Assembly (NCBI GenBank): GCA_023388515.1
Contig: JAEWGD010000005.1
Location: 26,259-90,258, forward strand
Length of the DNA: 64,000 nucleotides
Source: Bacillota bacterium
GTDB lineage: Bacteria > Bacillota > Clostridia > Oscillospirales > Ruminococcaceae
Reading direction: 5' to 3'
Below are positions 53,571 through 63,728 of this stretch, piece after piece; the stretch's first letter is position 1; the number at the start of each line of letters is the position of its first letter. The notes below the pieces were generated by a model that saw only the letters and a program-made list of their open reading frames with translations, was not told where the DNA came from and did not search any database. The position numbers were made by a program, and so were the translations under genes.

Positions 53571-54098
53571 ATGTATGCTATTAATGACTATGTTGTATAT
53601 GGTAAGAACGGGGTATGTAAAATAATTGATATTCGCAAGGAGAAATTTGGTGGTGCTGAAGAACAAATGTACTGCGTGCTTGAACCTGTACACTCAGGAA
53701 AGTCTACTATATACACACCTATTAATAGAAACTTAGATAAGTTTAGAGAAGTTATGTCTTATGAAGAAGTACATGATTTGATACAGACTATGCCTGATAA
53801 AGAAATCATTTGGATAGAAGATTTCCAAGTTAGAAATGAACGTTATAATGAAATCTTAAAAGAAGGAGATCCAAAACATCTTGTAGGGTTGATTAAGACT
53901 CTGCATTTTCATCATAAAGATTTGGCAACAAAAGGGAAGAAGATGCGTATGACAGATGACAAAATTATGCGTGAATCCGAAAAACTTTTATATGACGAAC
54001 TTGCATATGTGCTTGAAATAAAGCCAGACGAGGTTCTTCCGTTTATAGTGGGTGAATTGGAATTAGTTGATAAAACGGTTAACTCTACTGAAGCTTAA
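53571..54098 (+). CDS. carD: CarD/CdnL-family transcriptional regulator
   Basis: N-terminal RNAP-interacting Tudor-like domain (YAINDYVVYGKNGVCKIIDI...EPV). Start likely MYAIND. Confidence 0.65.
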   Translation: MYAINDYVVYGKNGVCKIIDIRKEKFGGAEEQMYCVLEPVHSGKSTIYTPINRNLDKFREVMSYEEVHDLIQTMPDKEIIWIEDFQVRNERYNEILKEGDPKHLVGLIKTLHFHHKDLATKGKKMRMTDDKIMRESEKLLYDELAYVLEIKPDEVLPFIVGELELVDKTVNSTEA

Positions 54099-54233
54099 AA
54101 GTAATAATGTTAGGAATAGGGATTAATCTCTGTTCCTATTTTTTTTTATCTAAAACATTATGTTTATGTGTAGCAATTTATATGTAAATATGATAGAATA
54201 TATTATAATGAATATTAAATTGAGGTTGCTTAT

Positions 54234-55685
54234 ATGATGTTGTATGCTATTATTACTATAATTTCTATATTATTGATTTTATTTGGAATTGCTATAATCA
54301 ATGCAATTCGACTGAAAAAAGATTATGTTGATGGAAAGTCCTATGACATGGAAAATGACGGTATTTCACCTGATAAACACGCTAAAAACTTATCAGAAAT
54401 GATACAAATTCCCTCTGTTAGCGTTAGGGGGAATACAGACTTGACATATATTTACAAAATGCATGAAAAACTAGAGGAGCTTTATCCTCTTATTCACTCA
54501 AAGCTTGAAAAGGTGAATATTGACGGGGCATTGCTTTATAAATGGAAAGGCAAAAACCCCGATAGACTACCGATTTTGCTAATGTCACATCATGATGTGG
54601 TTGAGGCAACTGGCGACTGGAAATACCCTGCTTTTTCTGGAGAAATCGCTAAAGGGAAAATTTGGGGCAGAGGAACTATTGACACAAAGGGTGCGTTGTG
54701 TGCCATACTTGAAAGCGTTGAATATCTACTTTCAACAGATTTTATTCCGTCATGTGATGTCTATATCGCATCTTCCTGTAATGAGGAAATAACGGGAGAT
54801 GGTGCTGTTAAAACTGTTGATTATCTATATAAAAAAGGAATAAAACTTGACTTGGTAATGGACGAGGGTGGCTCAGTGATGAGGCATATGCTTGGTAGCG
54901 ATACCCAAACTGCTATGGTTGGAATATTTGAAAAAGGTAGGGCAAATGTTAAGTTTATCGCTAATTCTCATGGCGGACACGCAAGTATTCCGTTCAGAAA
55001 TAACCCTTTCGCAAGGCTTGCAAGGCTAATTAACAAGCTGGAAAATCGCCCGCCATTCAAGAGAAAAATCACTGCTCCTGTTAAACGAATGTACAAGGAA
55101 ATGGTTCCATATATGCCGTTTAAATATCGGCTTGTTCTCGGCAATATTTGGCTGTTCGGTTGGATTTTACCTCTTATGATGTCGAAAATGGGAGGGCAAG
55201 CGAATGCTCTTGTTTCGACAACCTGTGTATTTACGCAAGCTGAGGGAAGTAACGGTGCAAACGTGATACCAGAGGAGGCAAGCGTTACTGCAAATATGCG
55301 TTTTATGATACATGAACCACTTGAGCCTTCGCTAAAAAAGGTGTTGAAGATTGCACAAAAGAATGATATTTGGATGGAAATGATTTCGGGCTATGATATT
55401 TCACCTGTCGCTGATATGGATACATATGCGTATCGACAGGTTTTGGAGCAGATAAAGGGGACGTTTGGGGAAATACCCGTGATTCCGTATGTTATGCTTG
55501 CTGGAACGGACGCTAGGCATTATACGAAGATATGCGATTGCGTGTTGAGGTTTGTGCCGTTGACCATGACTGACGCACAGATGAAGTCGGCTCATGCTGT
55601 GAATGAGAATTTAGATGTTGCGTCATTGGCGAGGGCAGTTAATTATTATGTAGATTTCATTCGCCAATATGATAACGCTCCGTAG
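54234..55685 (+). CDS. M20-family metallopeptidase with N-terminal TM anchor
   Basis: Metal-binding motifs SHHDVV and GRGTIDTKG, with an M20 dimerisation region. Confidence 0.75.
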   Translation: MMLYAIITIISILLILFGIAIINAIRLKKDYVDGKSYDMENDGISPDKHAKNLSEMIQIPSVSVRGNTDLTYIYKMHEKLEELYPLIHSKLEKVNIDGALLYKWKGKNPDRLPILLMSHHDVVEATGDWKYPAFSGEIAKGKIWGRGTIDTKGALCAILESVEYLLSTDFIPSCDVYIASSCNEEITGDGAVKTVDYLYKKGIKLDLVMDEGGSVMRHMLGSDTQTAMVGIFEKGRANVKFIANSHGGHASIPFRNNPFARLARLINKLENRPPFKRKITAPVKRMYKEMVPYMPFKYRLVLGNIWLFGWILPLMMSKMGGQANALVSTTCVFTQAEGSNGANVIPEEASVTANMRFMIHEPLEPSLKKVLKIAQKNDIWMEMISGYDISPVADMDTYAYRQVLEQIKGTFGEIPVIPYVMLAGTDARHYTKICDCVLRFVPLTMTDAQMKSAHAVNENLDVASLARAVNYYVDFIRQYDNAP

Positions 55686-55689
55686 CCGC

Positions 55690-56040
55690 TAGGCTAGACA
55701 CTCAATTGCCGTTTGGCTAGTTTGGTTCTTATTTACTTTGTTGTAATTGAATATGCTTTTTTTTGTTGGATTTAGTGGAGGGGTTGTTCTTGTCTACCTT
55801 GATTGGTTTTAATATACCTTCCGTTTGTTAGCTTTAGTTTGGGGTGTTCATTTCTTTGTGCGTACAAAGAAATGAACACCCCCCCCATTTAAATTTAACC
55901 ATAGGGTGAATAGTAATCATAATTTACTAAAATAAACAAGAAAAAGTATTTTCAATGATAACAAGGTGAATAAGAACAACACCACCAATAGCAATACAAA
56001 GCATATTCAATGACATCAAAACAAAAAACAACACTGCACT
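55690..56040. repeat. dispersed repeat family, copy D (full palindromic form with perfect central hairpin)
   Basis: A left arm, then the perfect 17-bp stem ggggtgttcatttcttt-gtgcgtac-aaagaaatgaacacccc at 55841-55882, then a right arm that is the reverse complement of the left arm (ttactaaaataaacaag...gcatattcaatgaca). Confidence 0.6.
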
Positions 56041-56068
56041 AAATCGCAAAAAAAAATATAAAAACCTA

Positions 56069-56097
56069 TTGACAAATGTGAAACTATGATTTATAAT
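56069..56097 (+). promoter_or_regulatory. consensus sigma-A promoter of the ylxM-ffh operon
   Basis: ttgaca, a 17-nt spacer, then tataat, ending 36 nt before the ylxM ATG. Confidence 0.55.
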
Positions 56098-56132
56098 AGG
56101 TGTAAAGCTTTTGTGCTTTACAGGAGGTATCT

Positions 56133-56498
56133 ATGAGTAAGGAGTTTAAAATAGCCATTCTTATGGACATCTACGGAAATATGCTTACCGATAAACAACG
56201 TGAGGTTATGGAACTCTACTACTACGAGGACTTCTCTTTGTCCGAAATAGCCGAACATGAAAAAATAACCAGACAAGGCGTTCACGATAGCATTAAGCGT
56301 GCTGAACAAACGCTGTCAGATTTAGAACAAAAGCTGTGCGTTGCAGAAAAGCTTATGAAATATAGAAAGCTTTTCAAGAAGATAAATAACCATGCACAAA
56401 ATATAAATGACTTGAGTACTTCTCTTGGGCATAGCGAAAACATTAAGCTTTCCTCTGAGATTTTGAAACTTGTCAAACAAGGTGAAGATGTTTTATAA
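56133..56498 (+). CDS. ylxM: YlxM/UPF0122 DNA-binding protein
   Basis: Sigma-70 region-4-like HTH (LSEIAEHEKITRQGVHDSIKRA). Conserved position upstream of ffh. Confidence 0.75.
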   Translation: MSKEFKIAILMDIYGNMLTDKQREVMELYYYEDFSLSEIAEHEKITRQGVHDSIKRAEQTLSDLEQKLCVAEKLMKYRKLFKKINNHAQNINDLSTSLGHSENIKLSSEILKLVKQGEDVL

Positions 56499-56570
56499 AT
56501 TGTAACAACATATATTTATTTTTAACATTAATAACTATTTTATACAAAGCTTTATCAAGGGGGTAGTTTT

Positions 56571-57935
56571 ATGGCTTTTGAAGGTCTTTCTGAAAAATTA
56601 AACGGAGTCTTTAAGCGACTTAAATCACGTGGTAAACTTAATGAGTCCGATGTTAAAGAGGCTATGCGTGAAGTTAGGCTTGCTCTTCTAGAGGCTGACG
56701 TTAGCTATAAGGTTGTTAAAGACTTTGTTGCAAAGGTGTCCGAAAGGTCTGTTGGAGAGGAAGTTTTGTCAAGTCTTACTCCAGCACAACAAGTAATTAA
56801 AATCGTAAATGAAGAACTTTGTTCACTTATGGGCGAATCAAATTCAAAAATAAATATGCCATCAAAGCCACCTTGTATTATTATGATGTGTGGACTTCAG
56901 GGATCAGGTAAAACAACTCATGCGGCAAAACTTGCTAAACATTTCAAGAAACAGGGGAATAGACCTATGCTTGTTGCTTGTGATATTTACCGACCAGCAG
57001 CGATTAATCAGCTAAAGGTAGTTGGTGAAAGGGCTGATGTTAAGGTTTTTGAGATGGGGCAGATTAATCCTGTTTCAATAGCGACACAGGCTGTAAAATA
57101 TGCTAAGGATTATGGGCATGATATTGTTATTATTGATACGGCAGGTCGTTTGCATATAGATGAAGAGCTTATGAATGAGCTGAAAGATATTAAGGCTAAA
57201 ACAGAGCCGAGTGAGATTATGCTTGTTGTTGACGCTATGACAGGACAGGACGCTGTTAACGTTGCTAAGTCGTTTGATGAGGCTTTGGGGATTGACAGTG
57301 TGCTAATGTCAAAGCTTGATTCTGATACAAGAGGCGGTGCGGCGTTGTCTGTACTTGCTGTTACTGGTAAGCCGATTAAGTTTGTTGGAACGGGTGAAAA
57401 GCTTGATGATTTTGAGCAGTTCCATCCTGAACGTATGGCGTCAAGAATTCTTGGAATGGGTGACGTACTAAGCCTTATCGAAAGAGCTGAAACAGCGATT
57501 AATAAAAATGATGCTGAAAGGCTTACAAAAAAGCTTGAGCAGAACAGCTTTGATATGAATGATTTGCTTGACCAGATGAAGCAGATTCAAAAGATGGGTT
57601 CGCTTAAACAGATTGTTTCGATGTTGCCTGGAGTTGGCGATAAAATAAATGATGTAGATATTGATGATAAGCAAATGCTTAGGATACAGGCGATAATTAC
57701 TTCTATGACAACGGCTGAAAGGGAAAAGCCATCTATTATAAATCCACAACGTAAGCGTAGGATTGCTACGGGAAGTGGAACTAAGGTTGAGGATGTAAAC
57801 AGGCTGTTAAAGCAGTTTGAGCAGATGCAAAAGCTTATGAAGAAGTTTGGTGGAAAAGGCAAAAAGGGTAAGATGTCTAAAAAGCGTCTTGCAGGCATGA
57901 ATTTTGACGGAAGTGGTGGATTTCCACCGATGTAG
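56571..57935 (+). CDS. ffh: signal recognition particle protein Ffh
   Basis: N domain, SRP54 GTPase motifs GLQGSGKTT and DTAGR, and a Met-rich M domain. Confidence 0.95.
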   Translation: MAFEGLSEKLNGVFKRLKSRGKLNESDVKEAMREVRLALLEADVSYKVVKDFVAKVSERSVGEEVLSSLTPAQQVIKIVNEELCSLMGESNSKINMPSKPPCIIMMCGLQGSGKTTHAAKLAKHFKKQGNRPMLVACDIYRPAAINQLKVVGERADVKVFEMGQINPVSIATQAVKYAKDYGHDIVIIDTAGRLHIDEELMNELKDIKAKTEPSEIMLVVDAMTGQDAVNVAKSFDEALGIDSVLMSKLDSDTRGGAALSVLAVTGKPIKFVGTGEKLDDFEQFHPERMASRILGMGDVLSLIERAETAINKNDAERLTKKLEQNSFDMNDLLDQMKQIQKMGSLKQIVSMLPGVGDKINDVDIDDKQMLRIQAIITSMTTAEREKPSIINPQRKRRIATGSGTKVEDVNRLLKQFEQMQKLMKKFGGKGKKGKMSKKRLAGMNFDGSGGFPPM

Positions 57936-57964
57936 TGCAAAATATTTTGTGACGGAGTGATACT

Positions 57965-58219
57965 ATGGAAATGATTATGTTGACAAAAAAAGCTGCTGAA
58001 ACACCAGATAGAAGTGTGTTTTATGTAATGTTTATTTTCGTAGGAATATTTTCAGTTGTAGCTGCTATTTGCAATTGGGATTGGTATTTTAACGGTAGAA
58101 GAGCAAGAACGATGTGCAAAATGTTTGGAAGAACAGCTACACGAGTAATACAAGTGATATTAGGGTTGGTTATTATTTCCATGTCAGTATATGCGTTAAT
58201 TAGTCCTAATGTACAATAA
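57965..58219 (+). CDS. hypothetical small membrane protein inserted between ffh and rpsP
   Basis: RBS ggag upstream. Two TM helices and no family recognised. Confidence 0.4.
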   Translation: MEMIMLTKKAAETPDRSVFYVMFIFVGIFSVVAAICNWDWYFNGRRARTMCKMFGRTATRVIQVILGLVIISMSVYALISPNVQ

Positions 58220-58276
58220 GTTAAGGTTTTACCCGTAAGGTTAAAATAGATATTAAGTTCGTGGAGGTGAATATAT

Positions 58277-58519
58277 ATGGCAGTTAAAATCAGATTGAAA
58301 AGACTGGGTGCAAAGAAAGCTCCGTTTTATCGTATAGTTGTTGCTGATTCAAAGAGCCCTAGAGATGGTAAGTTTATAGAAGAAATTGGTTACTATGACC
58401 CAACTAAAGAGCCATCAGTTATCAATGTAGACGCAGAAAAGGCTAAGAAATGGCTATCTACTGGTGCTCAGCCAACAGAAACTGTAAAGAGGATTCTTAA
58501 AATTGGCGGTGTAATCTAG
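58277..58519 (+). CDS. rpsP: 30S ribosomal protein S16
   Basis: [42 protein letters not shown]. Confidence 0.9.
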   Translation: MAVKIRLKRLGAKKAPFYRIVVADSKSPRDGKFIEEIGYYDPTKEPSVINVDAEKAKKWLSTGAQPTETVKRILKIGGVI

Positions 58520-58612
58520 TTTATTTGAGCAGTGTTATGTAGGGTGATTGAATTAAGGCTTGCCTTTAATTCCCCCTACTTTTACTCATTACCTTTATGG
58601 AGGTTAATTATT

Positions 58613-58852
58613 ATGAAAGAACTACTATATTCAATTATAGAGGGACTTGTTGAGAATAAAGCTGATATTTGTATCACTGAGGACGCTCCTAATGAGGAGG
58701 GTATTGTTGTCATTCATTTGAATGTTGCTAAAGAGGATATGGGTAGAGTTATCGGAAAACAGGGAAGAATAGCTAAGGCTATGCGTACTATTATGCGTGC
58801 TGGAGCAGCAAGAAAAGACCTCAAGGTTATGGTTGAAATTGAGGAAGCATAG
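58613..58852 (+). CDS. KH-domain RNA-binding protein (YlqC-like)
   Basis: GxxG KH motif VIGKQGRIAKAMR. RBS ggaggt upstream of MKELLYSI. Conserved position after rpsP. Confidence 0.7.
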   Translation: MKELLYSIIEGLVENKADICITEDAPNEEGIVVIHLNVAKEDMGRVIGKQGRIAKAMRTIMRAGAARKDLKVMVEIEEA

Positions 58853-59082
58853 TTTGAGTGGTAAAAAAATGAGCAATGTTTGGAGGTATTTATGATAATG
58901 CTTTCAAATATGGCGATAAAGAGTGAATGAACAAGGTATCACTGCTTAGGTGACGCCTTGTTTTATGTGACTGGGCTTTAATTTTGTAGAAAATATAATT
59001 TTTGTAAATTAATGCACTGGATGAAAAAATGCATAAAAGGTATTGCATTTTGTGTACGGATATGATATAATATTAAAGGTAT

Positions 59083-59157
59083 GCTTCCGTAGTTAAACGG
59101 ATATAACAGTCCCCTCCTAAGGGACAGATGTGGGTTCGATTCCCGCCGGGAGTACCA
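59083..59157 (+). tRNA. tRNA-Arg (anticodon CCT)
   Basis: Manual cloverleaf. Acceptor gcttccg/cgggagt with two G-U pairs. U8. D stem gtta/taac with a GG loop. Anticodon stem gtccc/gggac with loop cuCCUaa. T arm gtggg-ttcgatt-cccgc. Discriminator A with encoded CCA. Confidence 0.7.
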
Positions 59158-59405
59158 ATTAAAAACCGTTCGATTTAGGGGATGTTTACTTTGCATCCTC
59201 TGTTAAATTTATTTAGTAATGTAACTAGGATGAGCTTCGTATTTAACGAGGCTCATCCTAAAAAAATATTATATCAATTCTCAATGTGATGCCTGATAAA
59301 AAATTATTTTAAATAAGCCTTTTCTTTTTTGATTAATAGTAGTATAATAATACTGAATGTATGATTATATAAATATTAAGAATGATAATTCTTATGGAGG
59401 ATGCA

Positions 59406-60023
59406 ATGAATATACTTATTGTGGGTTGTAGTAAGGTTGGCTCAGGGCTTGCAGAGATATTGGATAGTGAGGGGCAAGATGTTTCAGTAGTGGATAGGTA
59501 TGATGAAATGTTTGATGTTTTCTCTGATGAATTCGGTGGATTTACTATAAGTGGAGTGCCGATTGACCAAGATGTTCTAAAGCATGCAGGGATTGAAGAT
59601 GCAGATGTTGTTATTGCACTTACAAAAGAGGACAATGTTAATATTATGGTTGCACAGCTTGCGAAGGAAATTTTCAAAGTACCTCGTGTTCTTGTTAGGA
59701 TTTTTGATCCAAGTAGAGGCGAAATTTATTCACATTTTGGATTAAAGACAGTATGCCCAACTAATATGACAATAGCAGCACTTAGAGCAGCTTTATATGA
59801 GAGTGATACTATAAGAAATTTAAAGCTAGGCTCACATACTGTTACGTTTAATACTATGGACATACCAAAGGAATATATTGGTGAGAGAGTGAGTAACATT
59901 ATTTTTGAGGAGAATGAGATACTTTATGCAATAGAAAGGGACGGCAGATTAATTCTTGTTGGACTATCTAATGTGGAATTTCAAAAAGGTGATAAGCTTG
60001 TTTTTTCTAAGGTAATTGATTAA
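59406..60023 (+). CDS. trkA: TrkA/KtrA-type K+ uptake regulatory subunit (RCK domain)
   Basis: Rossmann motif ILIVGCSKVGSGLA plus an RCK_C domain. Confidence 0.75.
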   Translation: MNILIVGCSKVGSGLAEILDSEGQDVSVVDRYDEMFDVFSDEFGGFTISGVPIDQDVLKHAGIEDADVVIALTKEDNVNIMVAQLAKEIFKVPRVLVRIFDPSRGEIYSHFGLKTVCPTNMTIAALRAALYESDTIRNLKLGSHTVTFNTMDIPKEYIGERVSNIIFEENEILYAIERDGRLILVGLSNVEFQKGDKLVFSKVID

Positions 60024-60070
60024 GTGTATAAAAAAATAAATAATAATTGTTTTTATAGAAAGGCATTATA

Positions 60071-60733
60071 ATGAAAGTTATTATAGTTGGCGGAGGTAGG
60101 GTTGGTTATTATTTAGCAAAGGCACTTATTGAGCATGGGCATGAGCCTGCTTTGGTGGAGATAGAGAGGAAGACATGTGAATATCTTGCTAATGAGTTTG
60201 ATATAACTGTTGTTTTAGGCGATGGAACACAGTCTGAAACGCTGAAAAGTGCAGGAGCAAGCAGGGCAGACGCTATAATTTCAGTTACTGGTAAAGATGA
60301 AGATAATCTTATATGCTGTCAGCTTGCAAAGAGAATTTTTAATGTTAAGAAAGTTATTGCAAAGGCTAATAATCCTAAAAATGCAATGGCTATGAAAAAG
60401 CTGGGCGTTGACCATGTTATAAATAATATTGATAATATTGCTGTGCTGATAGAAAGAGAAGTTATTACGTCAAAGATAAAGCAGTTGATTACTTTAAATG
60501 AAGGCGAAATTTGTATTTCAGAGGTTCATATTCCTGAAAACTATGTTCTTGATGGAATAATGCTAAAGGATATTAAATTTAGCAGTTTGTTTAATATTGT
60601 GTTAATTACAAGAGGAGAGCATACAATAATACCACGAGGACATTCTGTTCTAAAAAGTGGTGATAAACTTCTTGTTATTATGGAAAATGATGCGGATAAA
60701 GAGCTTATGACAGCGTTAAAGATAAAAAAATAG
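60071..60733 (+). CDS. trkA: TrkA/KtrA-type K+ uptake regulatory subunit (RCK domain)
   Basis: Rossmann motif IIVGGGRVGYYLA plus an RCK_C domain. Confidence 0.8.
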   Translation: MKVIIVGGGRVGYYLAKALIEHGHEPALVEIERKTCEYLANEFDITVVLGDGTQSETLKSAGASRADAIISVTGKDEDNLICCQLAKRIFNVKKVIAKANNPKNAMAMKKLGVDHVINNIDNIAVLIEREVITSKIKQLITLNEGEICISEVHIPENYVLDGIMLKDIKFSSLFNIVLITRGEHTIIPRGHSVLKSGDKLLVIMENDADKELMTALKIKK

Positions 60734-60788
60734 ACATAACATATGTAATAAAAGGGTACTGATAAACACCGAAACTCATGGAGGTCTA

Positions 60789-63728
60789 ATGGAAAATAAA
60801 ATATATTCTCTGGGCATAGATGTTGGCTCAACTACTGTTAAAACAGTAATAATTGATGATAGCAAAAAAATAATTTATTCAAAATATGAAAGACATTTTT
60901 CTAAGGTAAAGGAAACTGTTAAAAGTCAGCTTGAAATTATTGTTGATGAATATAAAGATACAAAGTTTCATCTTGCAGTTACTGGTTCTGCGGGGCTTGG
61001 ACTTGCTGAGGGTGCAGAACTTCCATTTGTTCAGGAGGTTCATTCTGCATTTATAGGAGTAAAGGAAGCGTATCCCGATGCCGATGTGGTTATAGAACTT
61101 GGTGGTGAGGACGCTAAGATAATTTTCCTTACTGGTGGAGTTGAACAGCGTATGAACGGCTCTTGTGCTGGTGGTACGGGTGCGTTTATCGACCAGATGG
61201 CAACGCTTTTGGGGATTACTGCAAGCGAACTTGATAAACTTTCACTTAATGCAGAAAAGGTTTATCCCATTGCGTCAAGGTGTGGAGTTTTTGCAAAATC
61301 TGACGTACAACCGCTACTTAATCAGGGCGCAAGGCATGAGGATATGGCTGCGAGTATATTTCAAGCAGTTGTTGACCAAACTGTTTCAGGGCTTGCACAG
61401 GGTAGAACTATTGAGGGAAAGGTTCTGTTTTTGGGCGGACCGTTATCCTTCCTACAAGGACTTCGCAATGCTTTTGTGAAAACTCTAAGGCTTGATGAAG
61501 AAAAATCAATATTTCCTGAGCAAGCACCTGTTTTTATGGCGTATGGGTGTGCGTTGTTTGCTGAAAAAAGTGAAGATGTTTTTACGATAGATGAGATTAT
61601 AGGCAAGATTGAAAACGCTGCTGCTACTGATAGAATTATAACGGGCGAAAGGCTTTTCAATAGCCATGAAGAGTACGAGGAATTTATTGCAAGGCATAGC
61701 AAGAGTGATCTTAAATATGCTGATATTCAAACATATGAGGGCGATGCTTATCTTGGAATTGATGCTGGCTCTACCACGACAAAATTGGTGTTGATTAATG
61801 ATGATGGCGAATTGCTTTATCAGCATTATTCATCTAATAAGGGACAGCCTCTTGATAAAGTTGTTGATAAGCTTAAAGAGATTTATGAGATAAAAAACGA
61901 AAATCTTACAATAAAAGGCTCTGCTGTTACGGGTTATGGTGAGGAGCTTTTGAAGTCTGGGTTAGCAGTGGATTTAGGGATTGTTGAAACTGTTGCCCAC
62001 TTTAAAGCAGCATCTTTTTTCTGTCCTAATGTTGATTTTATTATTGATATAGGTGGACAGGACATTAAATGCTTTAAGATTAAAAATCATGTTATAGATA
62101 GTATTATGCTAAATGAGGCTTGCTCATCTGGTTGTGGTTCGTTTATTCAAACCTTTGCAGTTGCACTTGGTTTCGGGATTGAGGACTTTGCAAAGCTTGG
62201 ACTTTTCGCTGAAAATCCTGTTGATTTAGGCTCACGCTGCACTGTTTTTATGAATAGTAGCGTTAAACAGGCACAAAAAGATGGTGCATCAGTTGAGGAT
62301 ATTTCAGCTGGGTTGTCGTCATCTATTATAAAAAATGCAGTTTATAAGGTTATTCGAGCAAAATCGGTTGACGAGCTTGGCAGAAATATTGTTGTACAGG
62401 GTGGTACTTTCCTTAACGATGCTGTACTGCGTTCATTTGAAATGGAATTGGGCAGAAACGTAATTAGACCAGCAATTTCTGGACTTATGGGTGCGTTTGG
62501 TGCGGCACTTTATGCAAAAGAAAAGGTTCAACAAAATGCTATAAAACAGACTACTCTTATAAATAAAGAGGAGCTTGAAAGCTTTTCATATGCGTCAAAG
62601 AATTCACATTGCAGAGGTTGTACGGGTAATTGTAGTATTAATATTATTACTTTTAACGGTGGCAGAAAATATATTTCTGGAAATCGCTGTGAAAAGGGTG
62701 CTGGGCTTAAAAAGATTGAGGATAATTTAAACATATTTGATTATAAATATAAAAAGCTGTTGGAGATTGTTGAGGAGAAGCCAAAAAACCCTATTGCAAG
62801 AGTTGGCTTGCCTTTGGTTATGCATTATTATGAACAGCTACCTTTATGGCATACTTTTTTTAATGAGCTAGGTTTTGAGGTGGTTATTTCCGAGGAAAGC
62901 ACAAGGAATACCTACTACAAGGGGCAACATACAATTCCGTCGGATACTGTTTGTTATCCTGCCAAGCTTGCACATGGGCATATTGAGAGCCTTTTGGAAA
63001 GAGGTGTAGATTTCATATTCTACCCATGTATGAGTTATAATGTTGATGAGGGGATAAGCGATAATCATTATAATTGTCCTGTTGTGGCATATTACCCTGA
63101 ACTGCTGAAGGCTAATAATGTAAATCTAAGTGATGATAATTTTGTTCATCCTTATTTGGATTTGAACAGAAGAAAGCACGTTGTAGATGTAATGAAATCT
63201 GTTTTAGCAAAGTATAATGTTAAGAAAAAAGCTGTTGAAGATGCGTTGGATAAGGCGTTTGAGGCTATGGATAAATATATGCAAGATATTATAACAGAGA
63301 GTGAGAGGGTTATTAAGACTGCTAGGAGCAATGGCAAGAAAATAATTGTTCTTGTTGGTCGTCCTTATCATATTGACCCTGAGATAAATCATGGTATTCA
63401 TCAGCTGGTTACAAGTTTAGGCATGGCTGTTATTACGGAGGATAGTATTGCTCATTTAGGGAAAGTTCCTAAATTGAAGGTGCTTAATCAGTGGACATAT
63501 CATGCAAGGCTTTATACTGCTGCACAGTATGTTGTTACTCAGCCTGATATGCAGATGGTACAGCTTGTTTCGTTTGGTTGTGGGATTGATTCGATAACGA
63601 CTGATGAGGTGCGTTCGATTCTTGAGGGTGCGGGAAAGCTTTATACGCAGTTGAAGATAGATGAGATTAACAATTTAGGGGCAGCGAAGATAAGGTTGAG
63701 GAGTTTGGTTGCCGCTATTGATGGGTAG
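60789..63728 (+). CDS. fused 2-hydroxyacyl-CoA dehydratase activase-like protein (two BadF/BcrA/HgdC-type ATPase domains + DUF2229-like domain)
   Basis: Two ASKHA ATPase starts (SLGIDVGSTTVK and YLGIDAGSTTTKLV), Cys-containing segments, and a C-terminal CoA-enzyme-activase-associated region. Confidence 0.75.
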   Translation: MENKIYSLGIDVGSTTVKTVIIDDSKKIIYSKYERHFSKVKETVKSQLEIIVDEYKDTKFHLAVTGSAGLGLAEGAELPFVQEVHSAFIGVKEAYPDADVVIELGGEDAKIIFLTGGVEQRMNGSCAGGTGAFIDQMATLLGITASELDKLSLNAEKVYPIASRCGVFAKSDVQPLLNQGARHEDMAASIFQAVVDQTVSGLAQGRTIEGKVLFLGGPLSFLQGLRNAFVKTLRLDEEKSIFPEQAPVFMAYGCALFAEKSEDVFTIDEIIGKIENAAATDRIITGERLFNSHEEYEEFIARHSKSDLKYADIQTYEGDAYLGIDAGSTTTKLVLINDDGELLYQHYSSNKGQPLDKVVDKLKEIYEIKNENLTIKGSAVTGYGEELLKSGLAVDLGIVETVAHFKAASFFCPNVDFIIDIGGQDIKCFKIKNHVIDSIMLNEACSSGCGSFIQTFAVALGFGIEDFAKLGLFAENPVDLGSRCTVFMNSSVKQAQKDGASVEDISAGLSSSIIKNAVYKVIRAKSVDELGRNIVVQGGTFLNDAVLRSFEMELGRNVIRPAISGLMGAFGAALYAKEKVQQNAIKQTTLINKEELESFSYASKNSHCRGCTGNCSINIITFNGGRKYISGNRCEKGAGLKKIEDNLNIFDYKYKKLLEIVEEKPKNPIARVGLPLVMHYYEQLPLWHTFFNELGFEVVISEESTRNTYYKGQHTIPSDTVCYPAKLAHGHIESLLERGVDFIFYPCMSYNVDEGISDNHYNCPVVAYYPELLKANNVNLSDDNFVHPYLDLNRRKHVVDVMKSVLAKYNVKKKAVEDALDKAFEAMDKYMQDIITESERVIKTARSNGKKIIVLVGRPYHIDPEINHGIHQLVTSLGMAVITEDSIAHLGKVPKLKVLNQWTYHARLYTAAQYVVTQPDMQMVQLVSFGCGIDSITTDEVRSILEGAGKLYTQLKIDEINNLGAAKIRLRSLVAAIDG

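Noticed and set aside
53442-53693. ORF 53442-53693 (-)
   Set aside because: It overlaps the carD promoter and 5' end on the opposite strand, with no RBS. It is probably spurious.
59224-59262. Hairpin aggatgagc-ttcgtatttaacga-ggctcatcct after the tRNA as a rho-independent terminator
   Set aside because: On the + strand the stem is followed by an A-run, not a U-run, and on the minus strand the T-run precedes the stem. It may be a processing or structural element but is not a canonical terminator.
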